Positions 30,994-40,489 of a stretch of DNA of 64,000 bases are shown piece by piece. Made by a program: the position numbers and the translations under genes. The stretch lies in the NCBI GenBank assembly GCA_905236565.1, contig CAJORB010000043.1, positions 9,971 through 73,970 of the forward strand. Direction: 5' to 3'. How positions within the stretch are numbered: position 1 is the first letter of the stretch; the number at the start of each line of letters is the position of its first letter. The DNA comes from an uncultured Treponema sp. GTDB taxonomy: Bacteria; Spirochaetota; Spirochaetia; Treponematales; Treponemataceae. The notes under the pieces were generated by a model. That model made no database searches, was not told the origin of the DNA, and saw only the letters and a program-made list of their open reading frames with translations.

Positions 30994-32862
30994 TTATTTT
31001 TTCTTTTTCTTGTAAAGATCTGCTTTACCGGACTTCTGTGCTTTAGAAGACTGTGCTTTAGACGTTGTCATCTTAGAAGCTTTTTCTGATTTTGATTTTT
31101 TATCTGCGCCACCCTTTCTGTTCATTCCGGATTTTTCTGCACCACGACGTCTGTCATTTCCAGACTTACCGCGGGATTTTTTATCATCACCGCTTCTTCT
31201 TGAACCGCCAAGAGAATTATTTTCTACTTTAGAATCAAGGTGAACATGAGGAAATTTTTTATCTTTCTTTGAAATATCAAGAACTTTTTTTGCAGCATCT
31301 TTTGGAAGATTAAGCAATGTAAAATTCATAGATACATCAATTTTATCAACCTGATGGTTTGGAATATGCAGCATTGAACTTAAAAATTCTGAAATCTTTT
31401 TTGCATTAAACCCATCACGCTTTCCAAGCTGAATATAAAGCCTTGCCTGATTTGGTTTTAAATTTACATCACGCATTCCGCGTTTTGATTCACCTTTTTC
31501 ATCGGCAACAGGTTTAATCTTATTGTAATGAGAAGCGTTTAATGTATTTCCATACATTACCGATAAAACTTTAGAAAGAACTTCTGTAGAATCAGTTCCG
31601 TCTGTAAGATCTTTTGCCATCGAAGTAAAAAATTCTTCTACAGGTTTATCGGCTTTGACAGAATCAGAAAGTTCTGCAAACAGACGCTTTCTTTTTGACT
31701 CAAGAACTTCTTCTACTTCAGGAATTTTATCCTGAACAAGATCACCTTTACTTGCTTTTGCAATTCCGGCTTTTAAGAACTTTAACTTGCGCCTTTCTGA
31801 CGGGCTTACAAAAGTAAAAGCCATTCCTGCAGAACCTGCACGACCCGTTCGACCGATACGATGAACATAAGTTGAAGCATCAAACGGAAGTGAATAGTTA
31901 ACAACATGACTAAGTCCTGTAATATCAATGCCGCGTGCTGCTACATCTGTTGCAACGAGTATGCGGGTTTTCTTAGCCCTGAATCTTGCAAGAACTTTTT
32001 CACGCTGCCCCTGCGGAATATCGCCATGAAGTGCAGCAGCTTCATATCCTTTTTCATCTAAAAGTTTTGAAACTGTATCTGCATCATTTTTTGTCTGAGT
32101 AAATACAAGACCGTAAAAATCGCTGCTGCTGTCGATAAGGCGTACAAGGGCTTCGATTTTGTCACTCTCGCGCACCATCCAGTATTTCTGTTCGATAAGG
32201 AGCGGCTCTTCTAAAACGCCTTCTTCTTCTACAACTTCATACTCACCCATAAACTTCTGGGCAATCTTTAAAATCGCAGGAGGCATCGTTGCGCTAAAAA
32301 GCAGCACGCGGCTTTCTGGGTTTGCCTTAGAAAATATTTCTTCGATATCTTCGATAAAGCCCATGTCGAGCATTTCATCGCCTTCATCGAGAATAAAATA
32401 TTCGATATTAGTTAAATCAAGTACGCCTCGTTCGATTAAGTCCTTAACTCTTCCAGGCGTTCCGGTTACTATGTCAGTTCCGCGTTTAAGCTCACGAATC
32501 TGCTCGCCCATACTGGCACCGCCATAAACAACGGTTGTATGTGGAATTGCTTCTTCTGTAAAAGACTGCATCTCTTTGGCTGTCTGCACTGCAAGCTCGC
32601 GTGTAGGTTCAAGAATCAGGGCACGCACACGGCCGTTTCGCTCGCGAAGCTTTTGAACAAGAGGAAGCCCAAACGCTGCTGTTTTACCGGTTCCGGTTCT
32701 TGCACGGGCAATTACATTGGCTTCTCCACCCAAAAGGCGCGGGATTGCCAGAATCTGTATTGGAGAAGGTACTTTAAAACCTTTTTTTTCGATAGCACTG
32801 AGAGTTATTTTGTCTAATCCGAGATCTTTAAAACCTATAACAGGGGTTTCTTCGTTTTCCAT
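30994..32862 (-). CDS. DEAD-box RNA helicase (DeaD/CshA-like) with basic tail
   Basis: Q motif, TGTGKT, PTRELA, DEGD variant, SAT, HRIGRTGR, DbpA-like RNA-binding domain. Confidence 0.93.
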   Translation of the reverse strand: MENEETPVIGFKDLGLDKITLSAIEKKGFKVPSPIQILAIPRLLGGEANVIARARTGTGKTAAFGLPLVQKLRERNGRVRALILEPTRELAVQTAKEMQSFTEEAIPHTTVVYGGASMGEQIRELKRGTDIVTGTPGRVKDLIERGVLDLTNIEYFILDEGDEMLDMGFIEDIEEIFSKANPESRVLLFSATMPPAILKIAQKFMGEYEVVEEEGVLEEPLLIEQKYWMVRESDKIEALVRLIDSSSDFYGLVFTQTKNDADTVSKLLDEKGYEAAALHGDIPQGQREKVLARFRAKKTRILVATDVAARGIDITGLSHVVNYSLPFDASTYVHRIGRTGRAGSAGMAFTFVSPSERRKLKFLKAGIAKASKGDLVQDKIPEVEEVLESKRKRLFAELSDSVKADKPVEEFFTSMAKDLTDGTDSTEVLSKVLSVMYGNTLNASHYNKIKPVADEKGESKRGMRDVNLKPNQARLYIQLGKRDGFNAKKISEFLSSMLHIPNHQVDKIDVSMNFTLLNLPKDAAKKVLDISKKDKKFPHVHLDSKVENNSLGGSRRSGDDKKSRGKSGNDRRRGAEKSGMNRKGGADKKSKSEKASKMTTSKAQSSKAQKSGKADLYKKKKK

Positions 32863-32875
32863 AAATATGAAAGTC

Positions 32876-32927
32876 ATCATAAATTAAAAGTTGAATCGTT
32901 GCAAGACCTTTATTTTTTTGGTATAAT
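32876..32927. promoter_or_regulatory. Divergent sigma70-type promoters sharing one palindromic -35
   Basis: TTGCAA 32899-32904; + strand 17 bp to TGnTATAAT (32922-32927); - strand 17 bp to TATGAT (32876-32881). Confidence 0.6.
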
Positions 32928-32933
32928 ATAAGA

Positions 32934-33647
32934 ATGGCTAAAGCTAAAACGTCAAAATATAAAACAGAATTTAAAGTTAACCAGCAGGTTGTATACCCGA
33001 GTCAGGGTGTAGGAAAAATCACAGAAATTTTCGAAAAAGAATTTAACGGTCAGAAGACTTGTTATTATAAAATCTACCTCGAAGTTTCTGACATGATAGT
33101 AATGGTTCCTGTAAGCAATTCCAAAGAACTTGGAATCCGCGCAATCGTTCAGCCGACAGAAGCCAGAAAGGCATTGAACATGCTTTCTGAAGATTTTGAA
33201 CCTATTACATCTGACTGGAAACTCCGCTACCAGATGAACCTTGAGCTTCTCAAAAAAGGAAGCATTGCAGATATCGCACAGATTGTCAGATGTCTTTACA
33301 ACAGAAGCAAGGTAAAAGAACTTCCTATCCAGGAAAGAAAGCTTTATGATTCTGCAAAAAAACTTCTCGAAGATGAAATAAGTTTTGCTCTCGGCAAATC
33401 TTCAAAAGAAATCGAAGCTTTAATTCACGATAAACTCGAACCACCTGGAGCTGTTCAGAAAGTTAAACATCCTATCATCCAGGATGATGATGACGATGAC
33501 GACTTTGACATGGACGACGAAGAAGATACAAAGAAAAGACGCAGAGTCGATGACGATGATGACGACGATGATGATGAATCAGATGATGATACAGATTCAC
33601 TCGACGACGAAGATGATTCGGACGACTTTGACGAGGATTACGATTAA
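32934..33647 (+). CDS. carD: CarD-family RNA polymerase-binding regulator with acidic tail
   Basis: VVYPSQGVGKI, MVPV, GIR, WKLRY, ERKLYDSAKKLLEDEI; upstream of ispDF. Confidence 0.9.
   Translation: MAKAKTSKYKTEFKVNQQVVYPSQGVGKITEIFEKEFNGQKTCYYKIYLEVSDMIVMVPVSNSKELGIRAIVQPTEARKALNMLSEDFEPITSDWKLRYQMNLELLKKGSIADIAQIVRCLYNRSKVKELPIQERKLYDSAKKLLEDEISFALGKSSKEIEALIHDKLEPPGAVQKVKHPIIQDDDDDDDFDMDDEEDTKKRRRVDDDDDDDDDESDDDTDSLDDEDDSDDFDEDYD
33482..33644 (+). repeat. GAY/GAR-rich low-complexity tract encoding the poly-Asp/Glu tail
   Basis: Runs of GAT/GAC codons in the carD 3' end. Confidence 0.8.
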
Positions 33648-33657
33648 TTAAAACACA

Positions 33658-34884
33658 ATGAAAACAAACCGGATTGCATTAATTATAGTTGCAGCAGGTT
33701 CGTCTTCAAGAATGGGCGGCCAGATTAAAAAAGAATATCTTTCCCTTAACGGCGGAACGGTTCTTTCTGAGGTCGCCCGTATTTTTTTACTTTCAAAAAA
33801 AATTTCAAGCATTACAGTTATCTGTCCTGTAAATGGACAAAAAGATTCGGAACAGGCATTCTACAAAGATGAGCAGATAAAAAAACTTACAGAATCTGTT
33901 CCCGTTTTCTTTGTCGAGGGTGGAGCAACACGAGCACAATCTGTTTACAACGGTTTATCATTTTTAGAAAGTGAAAAACCTTTTAAAATAAATTCAGCAT
34001 ATGAAAAACCAGAATTTGTTTTAATACATGACGGCGCACGACCTTTCCTTTCGACTGACCTTGTAGAAAAATCGATTGCCAGCACAATTAAATACGGAGC
34101 AAGCGTTCCTGCAATAAACACAACCGACACACAGAAAGAAGTTGACGAAAACGGATTTATAAAACGACATCTTATACGCAATTCTTTAAAGTCCGTTCAG
34201 ACTCCACAGGGATTTATCTTTGACGAAATACTCTCGTGCCACAAAAAAGCGCTCGATGATAAAACAGAATACACAGATGACACAGAAATTTTTGACAGAT
34301 ATTCTTCAAAGAAAACTTTTGTCTTTGAAGGTGAACTTAATAACAAAAAAATAACTTATCCAAAAGATCTTGAAGATTTAAGTTTTTCTCATAACGACGG
34401 AGGGAACGGTATGATTCACACAGGAATGGGTTATGACAAACACCGTCTTGTAGAAAACAGAAAACTCATGCTCGGTGGCATCGAAGTTCCGTTTGAAAAA
34501 GGCGAAGACGGCCACTCTGACGGCGATGCAGTTTTACATGCGGTAACAGATGCACTTCTTGGCGCAAGTCATCTTGGTGACATAGGAAGTTATTTTCCTG
34601 ATACAGACCCTGCATTTAAATATGCGGACTCTAAAAAACTGTTGAGCATCGCCTGGAACGATGTAAAAAAAGAAGGCTGGTCTCTTGAGAACCTTGATAT
34701 CGTCATTCTTCTTGAAAAGCCAAAATTTATTTCTTACCGCGACAAAGTAATTTCTTCGATTGCAGATATTCTCTGCGTTACATCCGATAAAGTTTTTGTA
34801 AAGGCAAAAACGGGAGAAAAAACCGGCGATGTCGGAGAAGGAAAAGTTATAGAAGTTTTTGCAAACTGTCTTTTAAAAAAATAA
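33658..34884 (+). CDS. ispDF: Bifunctional IspD/IspF
   Basis: AAGSSSRMG, IHDGARP, QTPQ; then GYDKH, GHSDGDAVLHAVTDALLGA, KAKTGE. Confidence 0.95.
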   Translation: MKTNRIALIIVAAGSSSRMGGQIKKEYLSLNGGTVLSEVARIFLLSKKISSITVICPVNGQKDSEQAFYKDEQIKKLTESVPVFFVEGGATRAQSVYNGLSFLESEKPFKINSAYEKPEFVLIHDGARPFLSTDLVEKSIASTIKYGASVPAINTTDTQKEVDENGFIKRHLIRNSLKSVQTPQGFIFDEILSCHKKALDDKTEYTDDTEIFDRYSSKKTFVFEGELNNKKITYPKDLEDLSFSHNDGGNGMIHTGMGYDKHRLVENRKLMLGGIEVPFEKGEDGHSDGDAVLHAVTDALLGASHLGDIGSYFPDTDPAFKYADSKKLLSIAWNDVKKEGWSLENLDIVILLEKPKFISYRDKVISSIADILCVTSDKVFVKAKTGEKTGDVGEGKVIEVFANCLLKK

Positions 34885-34920
34885 TCTTTTATAAAATAAA
34901 AAAAATTATACGGGTAAAAA

Positions 34921-34948
34921 ACAAGGGCGCTTTTTCAAGCGCCCTTGT
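34921..34948. terminator. Hairpin between convergent genes
   Basis: ACAAGGGCGCTT-loop-AAGCGCCCTTGT. Confidence 0.75.
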
Positions 34949-34987
34949 CATTCTATCTTTTTTCTATTTTTATTTTTTATTTAACCC

Positions 34988-37900
34988 CTACTCCGGTAAT
35001 TCAAGAACAAGCTCAACTTCTGCGAGAGGCACTTTTAAGCTCTCTGCAATCTGTTCATTTGTCCATCCCTGCTGTTTTAATGTTCTTATGTTATCGCGTT
35101 TTCTTGGAGAAGGTCCGCGTGATGCTGCCCTTGCAGAACCTGATTTTTTAGAATCTGCATCTGCTACAGCCTTGAGCGCTGACATTCTTGTATCAACAGA
35201 TTTAGAAAGTTCTGTGATTCTTTCTTCTGCCCTTACAAGTCCTTCTCTGTCGTTATGAACTCTGTCAATTCTTTCTTCTGTATCCTTTAAGATTTCCTGC
35301 AATGAGTCAAGCTTGTCTACTACAGAATCAAGATGCTTTGTATTCTTTAAAAGAACGTCTACATTCTTCTGAACGTCTTCGATTTCATCCGGCAAAGATT
35401 CTACCTGGCGGTTACATGCAGTAATTCTCTGTTCAAGACTCTTGAGCATTTCAAAAGACTTGTCTACATCGTTAGAAACTCTTTCGATTACTTCTGCCTT
35501 CTTATCGAGACGTTCATATGAAATCGAAATACCGGCAAGTGTTTCCTGGAAGTTACGTACTTTAACTTCCATTGTCTGTAAGTCATCACTTGTCGACTGG
35601 AGTTCACGAATCTTTTCGTCCATTGAACCTGACATTGCAATGATTTTGCTAAAGTCTTTTTCAAGACTGTCAATCTGTTTTCTTGCTGTATTAAACTTTT
35701 CAAGACGTTTTTCTGCTTCGTCATTCATATTACAAAGAGCATCAAACTGTCCCTGGAATGCATCTGCAGCAACTTTAAATCCTTCGAGTTTATCAAATCC
35801 TTCTGAGAGAGAATCAATTTCTTCTTCGAGCTGCTGCTTCATATTTTCTGCTTTCTCAAATACAGACATCTGAGAAGCAACATTCTTTATTTCTTTGTTT
35901 AATTCACCAAGGCGAGTCTGGAGATCGTTTTCATCGTTCTGCATTCTGAGAACCATATCAGACTGGCGCGCTCTGTTGTCATTAGATGCGCGTTCAATTT
36001 CGTCAACAAGCTGCTTGATTTTCTTCTGTGCCGAATCGTTCTGAGAATTGATTCTTTCTTCTGTAGATTCAAGCATCTTTGTATACATATTTTCAAGCTG
36101 TGCAATAATCTCTTCTGACTTAACTTTATATTCATCAAGAGAAGATTTTGTTCTGTCATCAAGATTATCGATAGAAAGCTGGATCTCCTCCTGCTTAGCC
36201 TGTGTTTCTTTTCTATACTGTTCAACAAGGTCATCGATTTCGTTCTTAACTTCGAGAGCCTTGTCATCTGCACCAGCCTTTAAGTTTTCGAGCTCTTCAT
36301 TATAGATGCTCTTTGAATCTTCGAACTGGTCTTTAATCTGCTGCTTCCATACATTAAAATCAGAAAGCGCTGCATCGATTGATGCTGTTGTAGAATCCTG
36401 TCTGTTAGAAACTTCTTCTTTAAATACATCAAGTTGTTCAAGAAGTTCTTTCTGCTGTTCTTCGAGCTCTTTCTGAACACGCGAAGCATATTTTTCTGTT
36501 TCTACTTTTAATGTTTCGTCAGAAGTATTTATTGCCTGTTCAAGTTCTGCCTGATACTGATCAACAAAATCACGAACGGCTTTCTGCATTTCTTCTATCT
36601 GAGTAGAAATACTGTCATCCGATGTCTGAACTTCTGAAGTTATCTTTTCGATTCTTGTAAATGCAGAATTTTCAAGCGCGCTGATTCTCTCTTTTAAGTT
36701 CTCGTTATACTTTTCTTCGAGAGAGATGCGGTCACTTTCGTAGTCGCTTGTAAACATTGCAATCTTAGAATCAAAGTTCTGCTTCCATACAGTAAGGTCA
36801 TCTGTCATCTTGTCGCTGCGTTCTTTTAAGTCTGCAGTAAACTCTGTTTCAAAGTCATTAAGGCGGTTAGATACACTGCTGATTGTAGCGTTCTTTAATG
36901 CTTCCATATGACCTTCGAGTTCTGCAATCTGTCCGGCAAGATTATCAGACTGCGCCTTTGTCTGTTCTGTAAATGTCTTAAAGTCTGTAAGTACATGGTT
37001 CTGTGTTTCTGACATTGCCTTGCGTAAAACTTTTTCGAGCTGGTCAATATCTGCGCCGCTTGCTTCGAGGCGTTCAAACCTGTACTGCATGTCTTTCTTA
37101 TAATCTTCTAGAGCTTTATCAAGCTGAATAAGACTCTCTGCCTGTTTTGCATCGTACATTGCAGTTGCACTCTTAACAGCATCTGCAAGCTTTTTGTTAA
37201 CTTCGGCAATCTTAGAAGAAGCTTCTTTCTCAAAATTCTGGATTGCAGCTTCGACTTCTGCCTTATGAACATCAACTTCTTTGCCAGATTCTTTAGCTTC
37301 TGCAACAGCTTCCTGACAGCTTGCCTTGAGTTCTGCAATAGCAGTCTTTGCATCTTTAGAAGCATTCTGTGTCTGAGTTTTAAGATCAGTGAGATTCTGC
37401 TTGATTGTTTCCTGCATTGTATGGATTTTTTCTTCGACATTTGTTTTAAATGTTTCGATATGTGTTTTTGCAGCAGCAGAATATTTTTCGTAAGCAGCCT
37501 TTTCCTTTTCATCTGCCTGGCTTATTGCATCATTAAACAGTGCATCGTATCTGTTCTGAACCTGTCCGATCTGCTGACCGAGTTCAGTATCCATTTTTGT
37601 AATATCTGCCTTGTAAGCATCTGCCCGCTGTTTTGCAAGAGCCGTAAGACGCTTAAATGCATCATCCTCGAGAGTTTCAACTTTCTTTGCAGCTGATGAG
37701 TATATAGAAGCAACATCACTGTTAATCTTGTCCATTATCTGTTCATACTGACCGACAGCACTCTTTGTTGAATTTTCGATATCTTTAACTCTGTCATCAT
37801 ATTTTTTAAGAAGGTCAGCACCGATTAACTTTAACTGTTCGATATTTTTCTTCTGGAAATCCTGTGAGATAGAAGGAATCTGTTTTTCGATTTTTTCAAG

Positions 37901-38347
37901 ATAGGTTCTACTTTCGTCGATTTTAGCATTAAGCTTACCGACATAATTTGATTCATTTTTAATTTTTTCAAGATTATCTTCTACTGCAGAAGTCATTTCT
38001 GACAGTGCAGAAATTTTCGTACCATATGCTTCGATTTTCTGTTCGATATTATGAACGGCTCCAGTATCTTTTTCGAGAGAAGCAATCATCGATTTAAATT
38101 CTGTAATCTGGGACTGAAGTTTTTTTACTGCCGCTACGGCCTGCTGCTGCTGTCCATCAAGTTCTGCAGCATACATTTTTACCTGTTTGATTTTTTCGCC
38201 AAAGTATGTTTCAAATTCACCCTGTCTTCGGTCGGCATAGCGTTTTACTTTTTCCATTGAATTATTGTCTTTATCCATCTGATGTAAGACAATACAGACT
38301 GCTGCAGACAAACCTGCAGAAACAAGAACAGTTATAAATGCACCCAC
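34988..38347 (-). CDS. Large membrane-anchored coiled-coil protein (spirochetal SpiroCoCo-like) with C-terminal HTH-like end
   Basis: N-terminal TM, DKDNNSMEKVKRYAD, about 1000 aa of heptad-like sequence, QGWTNEQIAESLKVPLAEVELVLE; GTG start with GGGG SD. Confidence 0.75.
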   Translation of the reverse strand: MGAFITVLVSAGLSAAVCIVLHQMDKDNNSMEKVKRYADRRQGEFETYFGEKIKQVKMYAAELDGQQQQAVAAVKKLQSQITEFKSMIASLEKDTGAVHNIEQKIEAYGTKISALSEMTSAVEDNLEKIKNESNYVGKLNAKIDESRTYLEKIEKQIPSISQDFQKKNIEQLKLIGADLLKKYDDRVKDIENSTKSAVGQYEQIMDKINSDVASIYSSAAKKVETLEDDAFKRLTALAKQRADAYKADITKMDTELGQQIGQVQNRYDALFNDAISQADEKEKAAYEKYSAAAKTHIETFKTNVEEKIHTMQETIKQNLTDLKTQTQNASKDAKTAIAELKASCQEAVAEAKESGKEVDVHKAEVEAAIQNFEKEASSKIAEVNKKLADAVKSATAMYDAKQAESLIQLDKALEDYKKDMQYRFERLEASGADIDQLEKVLRKAMSETQNHVLTDFKTFTEQTKAQSDNLAGQIAELEGHMEALKNATISSVSNRLNDFETEFTADLKERSDKMTDDLTVWKQNFDSKIAMFTSDYESDRISLEEKYNENLKERISALENSAFTRIEKITSEVQTSDDSISTQIEEMQKAVRDFVDQYQAELEQAINTSDETLKVETEKYASRVQKELEEQQKELLEQLDVFKEEVSNRQDSTTASIDAALSDFNVWKQQIKDQFEDSKSIYNEELENLKAGADDKALEVKNEIDDLVEQYRKETQAKQEEIQLSIDNLDDRTKSSLDEYKVKSEEIIAQLENMYTKMLESTEERINSQNDSAQKKIKQLVDEIERASNDNRARQSDMVLRMQNDENDLQTRLGELNKEIKNVASQMSVFEKAENMKQQLEEEIDSLSEGFDKLEGFKVAADAFQGQFDALCNMNDEAEKRLEKFNTARKQIDSLEKDFSKIIAMSGSMDEKIRELQSTSDDLQTMEVKVRNFQETLAGISISYERLDKKAEVIERVSNDVDKSFEMLKSLEQRITACNRQVESLPDEIEDVQKNVDVLLKNTKHLDSVVDKLDSLQEILKDTEERIDRVHNDREGLVRAEERITELSKSVDTRMSALKAVADADSKKSGSARAASRGPSPRKRDNIRTLKQQGWTNEQIAESLKVPLAEVELVLELPE

Positions 38348-38379
38348 TTTTTCCCCACCTAAAAAAGTTTTCTATTATA

Positions 38380-39051
38380 TTATTTTAACACAATCTCCAG
38401 AAATTGGCGATAGTTTTTAAACGATATATCCGCATCCTTAAGCGGCTTGTTTAAAAGTCTTCTCCACCACGACATGAAGTATGCGGTTTTCATTCCGGCA
38501 TTTTTTGCACCTTTTACATCGTATTTTTTACTGTTTCCGACATAAAGTATTTCTTCCATCTTAACGCCAAGGTTCCTTGCCATTATTCCGAATGTATACT
38601 TAGAAGGTTTTAAAGCACCGATTTTTTCTGCTCCGTAAACTCCATCGCAGTATGGCAGAACTCCCCAAAGTTCGCCCTTTTGTTCAGGCGGAAAGTCAGA
38701 AAGAATCGCAATTTTATATCCGGCTTCCTTTAATTTTTTGAAAGTTTCCTTTACATTTTTATAGCATTTTACTTTCTTAAAATATTTAGGAAAAGCATTG
38801 TAAATTACTTCGTTAAGTTTTTCTTCTGCTTCGGGAGTTGTACATTTCATTCTCTCAGAAAGCAGGATTGCCTGGTATCTGTAAAGATCAGGAAGAGGCG
38901 CACAACGTCTCAAAGCCTTTCTTACACGGCCAAAATGATAGAACACAACTACATTTTTCCAGAAGTGAATAAAGATTCTCGAAAAAAATCTGAGCTGCGG
39001 ATAAAGAGTACCATCGATATCGAAAGCAATTACTTTTATATTTTTCATCAT
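38380..39051 (-). CDS. HAD-family hydrolase
   Basis: FDIDGTLY, ILSD, KP, YVGNS..YDV.GA..AGM. Confidence 0.9.
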   Translation of the reverse strand: MMKNIKVIAFDIDGTLYPQLRFFSRIFIHFWKNVVVFYHFGRVRKALRRCAPLPDLYRYQAILLSERMKCTTPEAEEKLNEVIYNAFPKYFKKVKCYKNVKETFKKLKEAGYKIAILSDFPPEQKGELWGVLPYCDGVYGAEKIGALKPSKYTFGIMARNLGVKMEEILYVGNSKKYDVKGAKNAGMKTAYFMSWWRRLLNKPLKDADISFKNYRQFLEIVLK

Positions 39052-39091
39052 TTTCTAATATTATACCTTACTTTCTGTAATTTTAACAACC

Positions 39092-40471
39092 TTAAGGCTG
39101 GTACCCCTGCGGATAAAACATCTTTGATGTCTTTACTCTCGTAAGATGGACAAAACAGTCTTTTGCATTTATTAAATAACGCTCAAAGTCGTTATAGTTT
39201 ATTTCCTTTCCTTCCATATAAACTGCAATTCTGAATATTCCTTTGTCATCTACATACGGAATGATTACAGCAGCATCATTGAATACCTTTACCTCAGGGC
39301 TTCGCTTTCTGTCTGACTGTCTTATAGCGGCAAGATAGAAATAATCACATTCTGTCCTTGCAAGAACATAAAGCAATGCACGAAGATGTTCAGGCTGGTA
39401 ACCTGTGTTCTTGATATAACCTGCAGTGTTTGTAACTCCCTTGTCAGAAAAAACTGCAGTAAAAGGCTCTACAGTTACATCAACGCCAGTATCTTTATAA
39501 AGATAAGTTTTTTTAGCACGAACAGAAAGAGCGGCAGCGGCAATGTTACGAGTCCAGTCGAGACTAAAATTTATGCTGTACTTGCTGTTGATTCCGCCCT
39601 GAAGTCCAACAGGATCATATTCTACAGTAGGCTCAACAAGAGGTTCTCTCTTTAAATAACTTCCTGCAAGTGGATCAATAAAACCGTCAACAACCCATTT
39701 AACATAACCGCATGACGACATTACAAGTTTGTTTTTATTTTCTTCTTTGCATACACGTGGAGTTCCTTCGAGAATAGAAACAGGTTTTCCGTTTTCGTCA
39801 TACATCGCATCATCTTCGACTGCAATTTTTTCCTGCATTTTTTTGAGTACATGCAGCATAAGATATTTTGAATCCTGGTCAAAAATATTGTTTTCGATAT
39901 ATTTCCAGGGAAGTGATTTTTTTGTAAGTTCATAAAGCTGAGTAATGCTCATCGTAAGAAGTTTTTCAAACGGAACGCCAACAGGAACGCCGCGCGCAGC
40001 ATACGAATTGTAAATTACGAAATCTGCAACTGCAACATTTTTGTTTGGTCTGAACTGAATAAAAACATCACTCGTTTTCGAAATATTAATTCTGAGATAA
40101 GAAGGGGCTCCGCTTGCCTTATCCCTTGCATAAACCCACGAACCATATCCTGTTACAGGAAAAGCTTCTTCGGTTACAGTTTTTACACCGGTGCTGTCAA
40201 AAACATCGATGTTAATAAGTGCACGCGGCGAGACATATATATAAAAAAGTTTTGTATCTTCTTCTAAACTTACCTGATAAGTTTCACCGGTTACATCTTT
40301 TCTTATCTGGACATTCTGCATTCTGATTGATTCAAAATCCTGTTTAAACCATTCATCTGCAATATCGCGCCTTATTTCTGCAGAATCAGGAATACCAAAT
40401 GAATTGTATTCTGCATAAAACACTGGCATAACCAGAACAAATGATGTTAACGCAATAAGAAACTTTTTCAT
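39092..40471 (-). CDS. Exported hypothetical protein
   Basis: Signal peptide, GGAG SD, 459-aa ORF in an operon-like position. Confidence 0.7.
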   Translation of the reverse strand: MKKFLIALTSFVLVMPVFYAEYNSFGIPDSAEIRRDIADEWFKQDFESIRMQNVQIRKDVTGETYQVSLEEDTKLFYIYVSPRALINIDVFDSTGVKTVTEEAFPVTGYGSWVYARDKASGAPSYLRINISKTSDVFIQFRPNKNVAVADFVIYNSYAARGVPVGVPFEKLLTMSITQLYELTKKSLPWKYIENNIFDQDSKYLMLHVLKKMQEKIAVEDDAMYDENGKPVSILEGTPRVCKEENKNKLVMSSCGYVKWVVDGFIDPLAGSYLKREPLVEPTVEYDPVGLQGGINSKYSINFSLDWTRNIAAAALSVRAKKTYLYKDTGVDVTVEPFTAVFSDKGVTNTAGYIKNTGYQPEHLRALLYVLARTECDYFYLAAIRQSDRKRSPEVKVFNDAAVIIPYVDDKGIFRIAVYMEGKEINYNDFERYLINAKDCFVHLTRVKTSKMFYPQGYQP

Positions 40472-40489
40472 CTCAATCTCTCCTGCAAG

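Noticed and set aside
34988-38347. Long coiled coil as SMC or phage tape-measure protein
   Set aside because: No Walker motifs or hinge, and no phage genes nearby.
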